This document shows, piece by piece, positions 10,093 to 20,325 of a DNA stretch of 64,000 bases (its first letter is position 1; the number at the start of each line of letters is the position of its first letter). Under the pieces are notes generated by a model. That model ran no database searches and had not been told where the DNA came from. It saw only the letters and a program-made list of their open reading frames with translations. Source of the DNA: an uncultured Alphaproteobacteria bacterium (lineage in GTDB: Bacteria > Pseudomonadota > Alphaproteobacteria > RF32 > CAG-239). The stretch is from contig CAKQPS010000003.1 of the NCBI GenBank assembly GCA_934270475.1, forward strand, positions 30,261-94,260, written 5' to 3'. Position numbers and translations under genes: made by a program.

Positions 10093-11334
10093 ATGCGTAA
10101 ATTGCTAAAAAAAATCACAGCCGCGTTGTTTATGTCGGCTTGGGCGCTGTTTTGCACTGCAAAGGCGAATGCTGCGGTGCAGGTTAGTGATTTTCGTATC
10201 GGCAATCAGTCGGACGGAGTGCGCGTGGTTTTTGATATGAGCCAAAGTGTGAATTACCGCGTGTTTTTGCTGGATTCTCCGCAGCGCTTGGTGATTGATT
10301 TGGACAATACTTCCATAAATAATGTGTTTACCGGCGCCAAAAATCAGATTATTTCTAAAACCCGCGTCGGCAAGCTTGACGGCAATAATAAACGCGTGGT
10401 TTTGGAATTGGCTCGTCCGGTTGTGGTTAAAAAAGCCTTTATGCTGCAGCCGCAAAGCGGTAAGCCGTGGCGGTTCGTTGTTGACGCTAAATTAGCCACA
10501 GCGCAGGAATTTAAAAATAATATCGGCAATAAGCATATTGTCACCAATGACACCAAATTTGTTCCGCAGGAAAATAAAAATGAAGAAAGCTGGTTTGGTT
10601 TCGGCAGTCAAAATAACAATACTTCCGGCAAAGCTGCAAAACGCAAGCGCATTATTGTTTTAGACCCCGGACACGGCGGTAAAGACCCAGGGGCAATAGG
10701 CGCACACGGCAAAACTTTTGAAAAAAATATTACTTTGGCAATGGGAAAAGAATTGCAGGAAATCCTGCGCCGCCGCGGTTATACAGTTTATCTGACCCGC
10801 AGCACCGATATTTTTATTCCGCTGCGCCAGCGTATTAAAATTGCGCAAAAATATAAAGCTGATTTGTTTATGTCGCTGCATGCCGACAGTGCGCAAAACC
10901 GTTCGGCAACAGGCTTGTCGGTTTATACCCTTTCGGATAAAGCTTCCGACGCCGAGGCAGCTGCTTTGGCAGAACGTGAAAATAAGGCGGATATCATCGG
11001 TGGTGTTGATTTAGGCGGCAATACCAAGGAAGTTAATGATATTCTGATTTCTTTGTCGCAGACCGACAGCCGCAATAAATCTTCAAAATATGCCACATAT
11101 TTAGTGAAAGAAATGGCAAAAAGCGTAAAATTGGTGAAGAATACCCACCGTTTTGCCGGTTTTGCCGTGCTGAAGGCGCCTGATATGCCGTCGGCTCTGC
11201 TGGAAATGGGATATTTATCCAATAAAACCGAAGAGGCTAATTTAAAAACTCCTGCTTATCGTAAAAAATTGGCAAATTCAGCAGCATCGGCAATTGATAA
11301 ATATTTCAATGATCCTGAAATTGCCTCAAATTAA
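10093..11334 (+). CDS. N-acetylmuramoyl-L-alanine amidase (AMIN domain + Amidase_3), AmiC-like
   Basis: Signal peptide and an AMIN-like N-domain (VRVVFDMSQSVNYRVFLLDSPQRLVIDL). Amidase_3 core: VLDPGHGGKDPGA ... SLHADS ... LLEMGYLSN. Confidence 0.9.
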   Translation: MRKLLKKITAALFMSAWALFCTAKANAAVQVSDFRIGNQSDGVRVVFDMSQSVNYRVFLLDSPQRLVIDLDNTSINNVFTGAKNQIISKTRVGKLDGNNKRVVLELARPVVVKKAFMLQPQSGKPWRFVVDAKLATAQEFKNNIGNKHIVTNDTKFVPQENKNEESWFGFGSQNNNTSGKAAKRKRIIVLDPGHGGKDPGAIGAHGKTFEKNITLAMGKELQEILRRRGYTVYLTRSTDIFIPLRQRIKIAQKYKADLFMSLHADSAQNRSATGLSVYTLSDKASDAEAAALAERENKADIIGGVDLGGNTKEVNDILISLSQTDSRNKSSKYATYLVKEMAKSVKLVKNTHRFAGFAVLKAPDMPSALLEMGYLSNKTEEANLKTPAYRKKLANSAASAIDKYFNDPEIASN

Positions 11335-11425
11335 CATAAACTGCTGTAAACTGTGATATTTTTATTGCATTTTTTTAAGATTGTAATAAATTTTCACTAA
11401 ATTTTAATTCGCTAAGTGAGTATAA

Positions 11426-13840
11426 ATGCTGAGAATTTTATCATATTTAGCCAGTATGGCTTTGTTTTTTTTAATTGTTTTGGTTATTGTCATTACATAC
11501 GGCATTACTAAAATCAATATAACGATTCCTGATTACCGTCAGCTGGAAACCTATGAGCCGCCGGTTACAACCCGTTTGTTTGCGGGAGATGGTCAGGTAA
11601 TGATGGAATATGCTGCTGAAAAGCGTTTGTTTGTACCGATAGAAAAAATACCGGATAAAGTTAAAAACGCGTTTATTGCTGCGGAAGATAAGCATTTTTA
11701 CACTCATTCCGGCATCGACTATTTAGGAATTATCCGTGCGGTTTTGGGCAACCTGAAAAAAATCGGCACCGGACGCCGTCCGGCAGGTGCTTCCACCATT
11801 ACTCAGCAAGTGGCAAAAAACTTTTTGCTGAGTTCAGAGCTTTCGTATACCCGAAAAATTAAAGAAGCGATTTTGGCACGGCGTATAGACAAAGCTTTCT
11901 CTAAAGACCATATTTTAGAGCTGTACCTGAATGAAATTTATTTGGGTAATCGTGCTTACGGTGTTGCTGCTGCGGCTATGAACTATTTTGGCAAGTCGCT
12001 CGATGATTTGACGTTAGATGAAATTGCCTATTTGGCAGCTTTGCCGAAAGGTCCGAACAACTATAATTCTAAAACTCACTATGACGCCGCCGTTGCCCGC
12101 CGCAACTGGGTGATTTCGCGTATGGTGGAAGATGGTTATGCCGATGAAAAAGAAGCCGAAGAGGCAAAAAAACGCCCGCTGCAAGTAGTGGAATATAAAA
12201 GCGGATTCTTAAAAGATACCGAATATTACAGCGAAGAGGTGCGCCGCACCATCAGCCGCAATTTTGGCGATGAGGCGCTGTATCAAGGCGGTTTGATTGT
12301 GCGTACCACCATTGACCCTCGTTTGCAGGAAATCGCAACTAAAGCCTTGCGCAAAGGCTTGCTGGAATATGACCGCCGCCACGGCTGGCGCGGTGCCACA
12401 GCCACTATAAAAATAGATGAAAATTACAAAAAAAGCTTAGCCGAAACCAAACTTACCGGCGGTGCTGAAGAAACATGGCAAAAAGCCGTTGTGCTGAAAG
12501 TTACTAAAGATAAAGCCGAAATCGAGACTGTCGACGGTGCAAACGGTGTAATTCCGTTGTCGCTGCTGGCTTGGGCGCGGCATGCCGAAAAAGGGCAGAA
12601 TATCGGACCGGTGCCGACCTCGGTTGAACAGGTTTTGCACAAAGGCGATGTGGTTTATGTGGAAAAGACTGCCGAAAAAGATAAGGAAAATTATAACTTG
12701 CGGCAAATTCCGGAAGTTGAAGGCGGTATGGCGGTTATGGACCCTCACACCGGCAAAGTTTTGGCTTTGGTCGGCGGATTTTCTTTTGCCAAATCGCAGT
12801 TTAACCGCGCTACTCAGGCTTATCGTCAAACCGGCTCTACTTTCAAGCCGTTTGTATATTTGACAGCGCTGGAACTCGGCTATTCTCCGACAGATTTAAT
12901 TTTGGACGCTCCGTTTGTTTTAGACCAAGGCGAGGGTATGCCGAAATGGAAACCGGTAAACTTTTCTAAAAAGTTTTACGGACTGATGACTCTGCGCCGC
13001 GGCGTTGAGCTTTCTAAAAACCTGATGACCGTGCGTTTGGCGCAGGATATCGGCATGGATAAAATCGTTGATATGTCGAAACGTATCGGCGTAAACGACC
13101 ATTTGGCGCCGTATTTGTCGTCATCTTTGGGCGCGGCTGATACGCGTGTAATCAATATGGTTGCCGCCTATTCGGTGATTGTCAACGGGGGCAAAAAAGT
13201 TCCACCGTATATGATTGAGCGCATTCAGGACCGCAAGGGACATACAATTTACCGCCATGAACAAACTCCTTGTCCGGATTGCAACGCCGCAAAATGGGAA
13301 AATCAGCCGGTTCCTGATTTTCATGTTGAGCGTGAACAAGTGGTTGACCCATTGTCTGCATATCAGATGACCTCTATTCTTGAAGGCGTAGCCACCCGCG
13401 GCACCGGCGCCAGACTGAATGGCTTGCACCGCCACGTTGCCGGCAAAACCGGTACAACCAACGAAACTAAAGACGCATGGTTTGTGGGCTTTACTCCGGA
13501 TTTAGTGGCGGGCGTTTATGTGGGCTATGATGAGCCGATTAGCTTGGGACGCGCCGAAACCGGTGCGCATGCCGCTTTGCCGATTTTCTATGACTTTATG
13601 GCAGAGGCTTTGAAAAACACGCCGGATACAAATTTCCGCATACCGGAAGGAATTAAGCTGGTGCGTGTAAATCCACAGACCGGCAAGCCGTCGTCGCCAA
13701 GCGATTCGACCGTGATTATCGAGGCTTTAAAACCTGATTTTGAATTTAATAACAAGCAGCGCGTTATTGGCGATGATGATGACAATATTGCTGGTCCGGA
13801 AGATGATGACAGCGCTGTGCAAATGGGAGGCGAATATTAA
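11426..13840 (+). CDS. mrcA: Penicillin-binding protein 1A (bifunctional glycosyltransferase/transpeptidase)
   Basis: GT51 motifs (AAEDKHFYTHSGID, GASTITQQVAKN, RKIKEA). Transpeptidase motifs STFKP and KTGTTN. N-terminal TM anchor. Confidence 0.95.
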   Translation: MLRILSYLASMALFFLIVLVIVITYGITKINITIPDYRQLETYEPPVTTRLFAGDGQVMMEYAAEKRLFVPIEKIPDKVKNAFIAAEDKHFYTHSGIDYLGIIRAVLGNLKKIGTGRRPAGASTITQQVAKNFLLSSELSYTRKIKEAILARRIDKAFSKDHILELYLNEIYLGNRAYGVAAAAMNYFGKSLDDLTLDEIAYLAALPKGPNNYNSKTHYDAAVARRNWVISRMVEDGYADEKEAEEAKKRPLQVVEYKSGFLKDTEYYSEEVRRTISRNFGDEALYQGGLIVRTTIDPRLQEIATKALRKGLLEYDRRHGWRGATATIKIDENYKKSLAETKLTGGAEETWQKAVVLKVTKDKAEIETVDGANGVIPLSLLAWARHAEKGQNIGPVPTSVEQVLHKGDVVYVEKTAEKDKENYNLRQIPEVEGGMAVMDPHTGKVLALVGGFSFAKSQFNRATQAYRQTGSTFKPFVYLTALELGYSPTDLILDAPFVLDQGEGMPKWKPVNFSKKFYGLMTLRRGVELSKNLMTVRLAQDIGMDKIVDMSKRIGVNDHLAPYLSSSLGAADTRVINMVAAYSVIVNGGKKVPPYMIERIQDRKGHTIYRHEQTPCPDCNAAKWENQPVPDFHVEREQVVDPLSAYQMTSILEGVATRGTGARLNGLHRHVAGKTGTTNETKDAWFVGFTPDLVAGVYVGYDEPISLGRAETGAHAALPIFYDFMAEALKNTPDTNFRIPEGIKLVRVNPQTGKPSSPSDSTVIIEALKPDFEFNNKQRVIGDDDDNIAGPEDDDSAVQMGGEY

Positions 13841-13842
13841 AA

Positions 13843-14959
13843 ATGAAAGCCGAATTTTATAATTTAATCAATGAAATCAAGCAATCCTTAGCATTGCTGA
13901 GGAGGTCTCTTTGACTATGACAATGCTGTGCAGCGCCGCGAGGAGCTGGAAGCCTTGTCCGCCGACCCCAATCTTTGGGATAATCAGGAAAAAGCCCAAA
14001 AGCTAATGAGTGAAAAAAACACTTTGGAAGCTTCATTAGACGCTTACGACGGCTATGTAAAATCATTGGACGACTATGCCGAAATGGTGGAATTTGCCGA
14101 AAGCGAAAATGATGAGGCTATGCTTAGCGAGCTGCAGCATAATTTAGATGAACTGCAGGCAACGGTTAAGCACGCCGAGCTTGAAGCTTTGCTTTCCGGC
14201 GAAGCCGATGCTAATGACACCTATTTGGAAGTTCATGCCGGCAGCGGCGGCACCGAGGCGATGGATTGGGCGCAGATGCTTTTGCGTATGTACACGCGTT
14301 GGGCTGAAACTCATCACTATAAGGTTGAATATATAGAAGAAACCGAAGGCGAAGTCGCCGGCTTGAAATCTGCAACTATCAAAATCAGCGGACACAACGC
14401 TTACGGCTGGCTGAAGTCGGAAAGCGGCGTGCATCGCTTGGTGCGTATTTCACCGTTTGACAGCGCCGCCCGCCGCCATACCAGCTTTGCTTCTATCGGC
14501 GTCTATCCGGTAGTTGATGATAATATTCAAATTGAAATAAATGAAGCTGATTGCCGTATTGATACTTATCGTGCTTCCGGTGCCGGCGGTCAACATATTA
14601 ACAAAACGGATTCGGCGGTGCGTATTACCCATATTCCGACCGGTATTGTCGTTTCCAGCCAAACCCAGCGTTCGCAATTTCAAAACCGCGATAACTGTTG
14701 GAAAATGCTGCGGGCGCGCTTATATGAAAGAGAAATGCAAAAGCGTGCCGATAAAGCGCATGAAGTGCGTGACAATCAAGGTGATAATGGCTGGGGTTTC
14801 CAAATTCGCTCTTATGTTTTGCAGCCGTACCGCTTGATAAAAGATTTGCGTACCGATGCCGAAACCGCCGATGTAAAAGGCGTATTGGACGGTGATATAG
14901 ATTTGTTCTTGTCGGCAGCGCTGGCGCAAAAAATACAAAATGACACTACAGCCGCTTAG
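13843..14959 (+). CDS. prfB: Peptide chain release factor 2, requires programmed +1 frameshift at 13912
   Basis: Frame 0 reads MKAEFYNLINEIKQSLALLRRSL then TGA (13912-13914). The +1 frame continues DYDNAVQRREELEAL... through the SPF and GGQ (RASGAGGQHINKT) motifs. Confidence 0.95.
13901..13915 (+). promoter_or_regulatory. RF2 autoregulatory +1 frameshift site (internal SD-like AGGAGG, then CTT TGA C)
   Basis: ggaggtctCTTTGAc has the same architecture as the classical prfB recoding site. Confidence 0.9.
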
Positions 14960-14971
14960 TTTGGAAAAATA

Positions 14972-17900
14972 ATGAAAAAACTGTCGCCGCAATCATATTT
15001 CTTTCGTAAAGCCATAGATTTTTTTATGGTTGGAATGTTAGTGGTCGTGCTTTTATTTTTTTGGACATTATATAAAGGTCCGATTTCCGTTCCATATTTA
15101 AAACCGTATATTATTCAGGCTTTGAACTATGATGAAAGCGATTACAGCGTTGGTTTGGGCAAAGTTAATTTGGAGCTGGTGCGTTCGGTGCAGCCGCTGC
15201 GCATTACCGCTGAAGATATTAACCTTAAAAAGAAGGACGGAACTTTTGCCATCAGTGCGCCGAAGCTTTATTTGTCGTTCAGTCTGCGTGCTTTGCTGAA
15301 GGGTATTATTGCTCCAAGCGATGTCAGCTTGGATAATCCGACTGTTTATATTTTTGCCGATTATGGGGTGGAAAAAGAGCATATCGACGAGGCAAACAAA
15401 AAGAAATTGGCGTTTTATGTCGACAAGTTCAAGGATTTTCTGAACAATTATAATTCACCGGAAAAAATTTATCCGGAAAGCTATGTCAATAATATCAATA
15501 TTAAAGGCGCCGAAGTGGAATTTCATGAAGTTGACTTGGGGCGCAAATGGATGCTTTCGGATTTGAACTTTGAGTTCAGCCGCAATTTGGTTAATTTGGA
15601 GCTTAATGCCGACGCTTTGGTTAACCTTAACGATAAAGTTGCATCGGTTGGTTTTGAAAGCGAATATCATGCTTCCAGCGATAAGTTGGATTTGGAAGTT
15701 TATTTTTCCGATTTGATTTTATCGGATATTATGAGCAGTTTGGATACGCAGCCGGCAGAAAATGAAACGCCGCTGCAGTTTAGCATAAATGTGCCGGTTA
15801 ACGGTAAAATTGATACGGAAATAGATGTTTCGGATATTTTGCAGCATCCGGAAAATGCCGCTGCATATTTGAGCGACGCCGTCAAAAAAATCAACTTTGA
15901 GCTGGACGGCGGTCACGGCTATGTAGCTTTTGATAATGATGAAAAGTACAATTATGAAATAGATGAAATGGTGCTTGCCGGAGAGCTGACCGGCGGTTTT
16001 GACGAGCTGAATATTAAAAACGCCGATTTCAAAATGGGCGGACAGACAGCGCAAATCAGTTTTGCCGCCAAGGGGTTGGAAAACTATTATTTGGAACATT
16101 CGCTAGAAGGCGTGACCGCTGAATTTACAGCAAAAATTGATGAATTTTCTTTAGAATATTTATCCCGTTTTTGGCCTAGATATTTAGCCGAGCCGGCTTG
16201 GCAATGGTGCAAGGACGGTTTGACCGGCGGACAGGCGAAAAACGGCAAGTTTGTCTTTAAGTTTGGCTATGACAATAAAGCAAAGTCTTTCGGCTTGCTG
16301 AATTTAGATGGTGTTGCCGATTTGGAAGACGGCGATTTGCACTATTTAGACGGTATGCCTGATGTGCATAATGTTTACGGTCAAGCCAAATTCAGCATGC
16401 AGAATATTTCCATTGATGTAGATAAAGGCGTAAGCGACGGCGTTATCATTACCGGTGGCAATGTCAACATTTATGACTTGCACAAAGACGACAACTTTAT
16501 TTCTATAAATCTTATCGGTAACTCCAGCATTACCGACGCGCTGAATTTAATCAATAATCCGCCTTTGAAAATCGCCGCCGGCATGGGCGTTGATCCTAAA
16601 ACAATTCACGGCAATGTTGATGTGCAGCTGAAATTGGACTTTGAACTGAAACAGGATTTAGACAGCGATGACATAAAAGTTGAAGTCAAGGCAGATTTGC
16701 ACGATGTTTCTAATTCTGACTTTGTGCCAGGGCATACTCTGTCGGCGCAGAATTTGCTGCTGTTGGTTAACTCTGCCGGCTGGAGCCTGAGCGGTGAGGC
16801 AGATTATGACGCTTTGCCGATAAATCTTGCCATAAATGAAAAATTTGCCGAGAAAAAATATAAGAGCAAATGCCATATTTCTTTCAAGCTTGATGACGCG
16901 GCTAAAAAAGCCTTGGGTTTGGATTGGGCGGTTTTGCAGGCGCCGAATATTTCCGGCTATGCTTTGGTTGACGCAGATATAACTGTGCATCAAAATGATG
17001 AAATCTCCGTAAAAGTCAATGCAGATTTGAAAAACACGGCGATTGACTTTGCTTATTTAGGCTTTGTTAAGCCGCTGAACCAAAACGCCAACGCTAGTGC
17101 AGATGTTACTTTGCTGAAAGATAAAGTAAAATCGGTTAAAAATCTGAAACTGCAAAAATCCGGTTTTAATATTGTCGGCGATTTAACTATGTATGCAAAC
17201 GGCAGAGTGAAGTCGGTGGATATCAGCCAAATCAAAGGACCTAAAACCTCGGCGCGCGCCAAAGTCAGCCTGAGTGATTCGCCAAATCCGTGGCTGAAGG
17301 TAGAAATTTCCGGTTTAAGCTATGATTTATCGCCGTTTTTTGAACAGGCTAAAAGCAAACATCAGAAAAATAGCAAACAGCTGCCGGTGCAGGAAAATGA
17401 TGACGACGGTTTGGAAAAGGCTAACAATACCGACATATTTATGACCGTAAACAGCTTGTGGACCAATAACACCACGCCGATTCAAAACTTTGCGGGCAGC
17501 GCTAAAATCCGTAAAGGAATTGGTATGGAAGAGCTGCACATGGTCGGCAACTATGGCATTGACAAGTCTATTAAATTAAAGCTGGACTATATTCCGAAAG
17601 GCAATAAAGAGCATTATCTTTCTATTGACAGTAACAACGCCGGCAGCACATTTAAGGTTTTGCGGCTTTATGACAATATGGTGGGCGGAACTATGAAGAT
17701 TGAAGCGCGCCGCCAAGCCGATAAAAAGTTTATCGGACATATGCAGGTGCGTGATTTCAGCATTCAAAATGCTCCGGTGGTGGCAAAACTTTTGAGCGTG
17801 GCGTCCTTTACCGGTATGTTGGATTTACTGAAAGGCGATGGTTTGACCTTTACGCACTTTAACGCGCCGTTTGAGTATCAATATAAAATATTGACCCTGA

Positions 17901-18208
17901 AACAGGCTAAGGCCGAGGGCAATGTGGTGGGTATTACCACTAACGGCACCTATAACCGCGCTACCGATGATATTAAAATGAACGGCGTGATTGCTCCGGC
18001 GTATAGCATTAACCGCTTTTTGGGCAAAATTCCGGTTGTCGGCAATCTGCTTGCCAGCAAAGACGGTACTATTTTTGCCGCAACTTACAAAATTACCGGT
18101 AACGCCGACGATGCAAAAGTTGATATAAATTCTTTGTCTATGCTCAGCCCTAACTCATTAAAGGAATGGTATGCAAAAAACTTTGGCGACGGCACAAGCG
18201 GATACTAA
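14972..18208 (+). CDS. AsmA-family / YhdP-like large inner-membrane-anchored envelope protein
   Basis: 1078 aa with a single N-terminal TM helix and a long beta-rich body. The C-terminal segment (PVVGNLLASKDGTIFAATYKITGNADDAKVDINSLSMLSP) is typical of the AsmA-like C-terminal region. Confidence 0.7.
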   Translation: MKKLSPQSYFFRKAIDFFMVGMLVVVLLFFWTLYKGPISVPYLKPYIIQALNYDESDYSVGLGKVNLELVRSVQPLRITAEDINLKKKDGTFAISAPKLYLSFSLRALLKGIIAPSDVSLDNPTVYIFADYGVEKEHIDEANKKKLAFYVDKFKDFLNNYNSPEKIYPESYVNNINIKGAEVEFHEVDLGRKWMLSDLNFEFSRNLVNLELNADALVNLNDKVASVGFESEYHASSDKLDLEVYFSDLILSDIMSSLDTQPAENETPLQFSINVPVNGKIDTEIDVSDILQHPENAAAYLSDAVKKINFELDGGHGYVAFDNDEKYNYEIDEMVLAGELTGGFDELNIKNADFKMGGQTAQISFAAKGLENYYLEHSLEGVTAEFTAKIDEFSLEYLSRFWPRYLAEPAWQWCKDGLTGGQAKNGKFVFKFGYDNKAKSFGLLNLDGVADLEDGDLHYLDGMPDVHNVYGQAKFSMQNISIDVDKGVSDGVIITGGNVNIYDLHKDDNFISINLIGNSSITDALNLINNPPLKIAAGMGVDPKTIHGNVDVQLKLDFELKQDLDSDDIKVEVKADLHDVSNSDFVPGHTLSAQNLLLLVNSAGWSLSGEADYDALPINLAINEKFAEKKYKSKCHISFKLDDAAKKALGLDWAVLQAPNISGYALVDADITVHQNDEISVKVNADLKNTAIDFAYLGFVKPLNQNANASADVTLLKDKVKSVKNLKLQKSGFNIVGDLTMYANGRVKSVDISQIKGPKTSARAKVSLSDSPNPWLKVEISGLSYDLSPFFEQAKSKHQKNSKQLPVQENDDDGLEKANNTDIFMTVNSLWTNNTTPIQNFAGSAKIRKGIGMEELHMVGNYGIDKSIKLKLDYIPKGNKEHYLSIDSNNAGSTFKVLRLYDNMVGGTMKIEARRQADKKFIGHMQVRDFSIQNAPVVAKLLSVASFTGMLDLLKGDGLTFTHFNAPFEYQYKILTLKQAKAEGNVVGITTNGTYNRATDDIKMNGVIAPAYSINRFLGKIPVVGNLLASKDGTIFAATYKITGNADDAKVDINSLSMLSPNSLKEWYAKNFGDGTSGY

Positions 18209-18668
18209 ACCCAAAATCGGCGTGGATTTTCATGGGGTGATAAATACCAAACCGGATTTTTTTCAGGAATTTTGCCGTGAAGCCTTAAAAATCGGCTTAG
18301 AAGTTTATATTATCAGCGGCGGACCGCGAGAAACGATTTTAGCCTATTTAAATCAATATCAAATTCCCTATACCAAACTTTGGTGCATATATGATTATTA
18401 CGAGCAGCGGCATCAGGTGGAATTTTATGACGACGGTTCGTTTCATATTGACAATGAGCTGTGGAACAAAGCCAAGGCTGAATATTGCAAAGAGCAGAAT
18501 ATTTGCGTGCATATTGATGACAGCGCTATTTACGGCAGGGAGTTTGCCACGCCTTATTGCCGCTATGACGAACAATCAAACAGCTGTATTTTGAACGGCA
18601 ATAAAATTTCGTTAGAAAATCCGGCGCAGGCTTTGCAGCAAATTTTAGCATATTGCCAGCAAAAATAA
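18171..18668 (+). CDS. Hypothetical protein, possible HAD-like fold
   Basis: KIGVDFHGVIN resembles a HAD motif I variant (DxH rather than DxD). ...VYIISGG... and HIDDS are also present. Function assignment is weak, and the start overlaps the preceding gene by 38 nt. Confidence 0.35.
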   Translation: MQKTLATAQADTKPKIGVDFHGVINTKPDFFQEFCREALKIGLEVYIISGGPRETILAYLNQYQIPYTKLWCIYDYYEQRHQVEFYDDGSFHIDNELWNKAKAEYCKEQNICVHIDDSAIYGREFATPYCRYDEQSNSCILNGNKISLENPAQALQQILAYCQQK

Positions 18669-18969
18669 ACTTTCCTCTTTCAGAATTTTTTTAGCAGCCT
18701 TATTGCAGCTAGGCAGCGTCTACAGTATTTGAGTGTCAAAAAGTGTGTAAAAAAAACGACCGTTTTTTTACACAAATGAGGAAATACAAGGTGTTGAGAG
18801 GTCTAGAATTTTTAATAAAAAAGAGCTGGGAAAGAGTAAGTGGAGAAACTAAGCTAACGCCTCCAGCACTATCGTCATTGCGAGCGCAGCGAAGCAATCC
18901 AATAACCTCGCCCCTTGCGGGAGAGGTCAACACGAAGTGTTAGGTGAGGGGTAATAATATGGGCGCAGT

Positions 18970-19260
18970 ATGATTGAGATGCTGGGCGTGCTGGCAATCA
19001 TCGCTGTGCTGTCGGTCGGCGGTATTGCCGGTTACACCAAAGCCATGGAAAGATATAAACTTATTAAATACCACGAGGGAATAGTGGAACTGGTTTCTAA
19101 CTTTATTCATAATTATCGCGCTTGGGGCAGTCATTATTGTAAAGATGGCGAAGCGTGCCTGAGCAGCTTAACCATAAACGACATTTACGAGATTTGTTAT
19201 TATTACAAGGACAAACCGGATACGTATAAATATGCTATACAGTTTGTTTTCAAAAACTAA
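18970..19260 (+). CDS. Pilin-like paralogue (short), N-terminus MIEMLGVLAIIAVLSVGGIAGYTKAM
   Basis: The first ~26 aa are near-identical at the protein level to the 5024-5791 product, but with many synonymous nucleotide differences. No in-frame start exists upstream of the encoded YGRS. Confidence 0.55.
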   Translation: MIEMLGVLAIIAVLSVGGIAGYTKAMERYKLIKYHEGIVELVSNFIHNYRAWGSHYCKDGEACLSSLTINDIYEICYYYKDKPDTYKYAIQFVFKN

Positions 19261-19262
19261 AT

Positions 19263-19293
19263 AAAAGCCGATAGTTCAGAGCTATCGGCTTTT
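19263..19293. terminator. Bidirectional intrinsic terminator between convergent genes
   Basis: The aaagccgatag / ctatcggcttt stem is flanked by an A-run and a T-run. Confidence 0.7.
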
Positions 19294-19299
19294 AGATTT

Positions 19300-20094
19300 T
19301 TAAGAAAAATTATTTTTTTCCAATTCAGCAAAATATTGCACCGTTTCTTGCGAAAGCTGTTCGGTTGCCGCTTTATCGCAGGCAATGATACCGTGCTGAT
19401 GGTGCTGCAGAGCGGTGATAGGCCAAACATGGGAAACATAGCCTTCAATCGCATGCTGCACGGCTTGAGCCTTTTTAGCACCGCTGGCTAAAATCAAAAC
19501 TTCTTCCGCTTCCATCATGGTTTCGATACCGATAGTCAGCGCCACAGTCGGAACTTTGCTTACGTCATTGCCAAAAAAGCGGGAGTTGGCGCGCAAAGTG
19601 CTTGGTGCCAAAAGTTTGGCTCTAGTGCGGGAGTTTAGCGAAGAATACGGCTCGTTTAAAGCTATATGCCCGTCTTCGCCCACGCCACCGATAAATAGGT
19701 TCGCGCCGCCGCAGTCTTTCAGTGCTTTTTCATAGGTTGCACATTCTTTAGAAAAGTTTGTGGTTAAACCGTTTAAAAAATGCACGTGTTCTTTTTTGAC
19801 ATTTACAAATTTCAAAAATTTATCCCACAAGGCATATTGAAATCCGCGCTCATCGCCGGCGCCGACGCCGACATATTCGCAGGTGCCGAAAAATATGACA
19901 TTTTCAAATGAAATTTTGCCTTCTTTGTAATATTTAGCTAAAACGCTAAACATACCAAGCGGCGTAGAGCCGGACGGCAAGCCCAAAACAAACGGCTTTT
20001 TCGGGGTAGGGCGGTGTTTGTTGATTCTATAAACGACATAATCTGCCGCCCAAGAAGATAAATCTTCGTATGTAGGTTTTATAACAACGCGCAT
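19300..20094 (-). CDS. nagB: Glucosamine-6-phosphate deaminase
   Basis: GLPSGSTPLGMF and GVGEDGHIALNEP motifs of the NagB/6-phosphogluconolactonase fold. 264 aa. Confidence 0.85.
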   Translation of the reverse strand: MRVVIKPTYEDLSSWAADYVVYRINKHRPTPKKPFVLGLPSGSTPLGMFSVLAKYYKEGKISFENVIFFGTCEYVGVGAGDERGFQYALWDKFLKFVNVKKEHVHFLNGLTTNFSKECATYEKALKDCGGANLFIGGVGEDGHIALNEPYSSLNSRTRAKLLAPSTLRANSRFFGNDVSKVPTVALTIGIETMMEAEEVLILASGAKKAQAVQHAIEGYVSHVWPITALQHHQHGIIACDKAATEQLSQETVQYFAELEKNNFS

Positions 20095-20106
20095 TTTATT
20101 TCTCCT

Positions 20107-20316
20107 TTAATAGTGCGGCGGAGGTGTTTCTTCGCTCTGCGGTTTAACAATATCCTGCGACAGCATACTTTTCAGCAAAGCATTTTGCGCTGTCAAAGTA
20201 TCTATGATTTTTCCTTGTTTAACCACCATTTCGCTTAAATCGTCCAAAGCTTTTTGCTGGTTGTCAAGTGTCATTTCAATAGCTATCAAACGCTGATTTA
20301 TTTCCAAATCTATCAT
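20107..20316 (-). CDS. slyX: SlyX family protein
   Basis: 69-aa coiled coil. The pattern INQRLIAIEMTLDNQQKALDDLSEMVVKQGKIIDTL is typical of SlyX. Confidence 0.7.
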   Translation of the reverse strand: MIDLEINQRLIAIEMTLDNQQKALDDLSEMVVKQGKIIDTLTAQNALLKSMLSQDIVKPQSEETPPPHY

Positions 20317-20325
20317 AGTTTGCTC

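Noticed and set aside
13857-14066. 69-aa minus-strand ORF overlapping the prfB recoding region.
   Set aside because: The region is explained by the two prfB frames joined by the +1 frameshift.
18840-18950. GC-rich segment ...tcgtcattgcgagcgcagcgaagcaatcc...cctcgccccttgcgggagaggtc...ggtgagggg upstream of the pilin-like paralogue. It resembles short interspersed palindromic (REP-like) motifs seen in many bacteria.
   Set aside because: Only one copy is present in this window and the hairpins are imperfect. It cannot be shown to be a repeat family or a regulatory element without genome-wide data. The overlapping ORFs (18736-18933, 18743-18943) look spurious.
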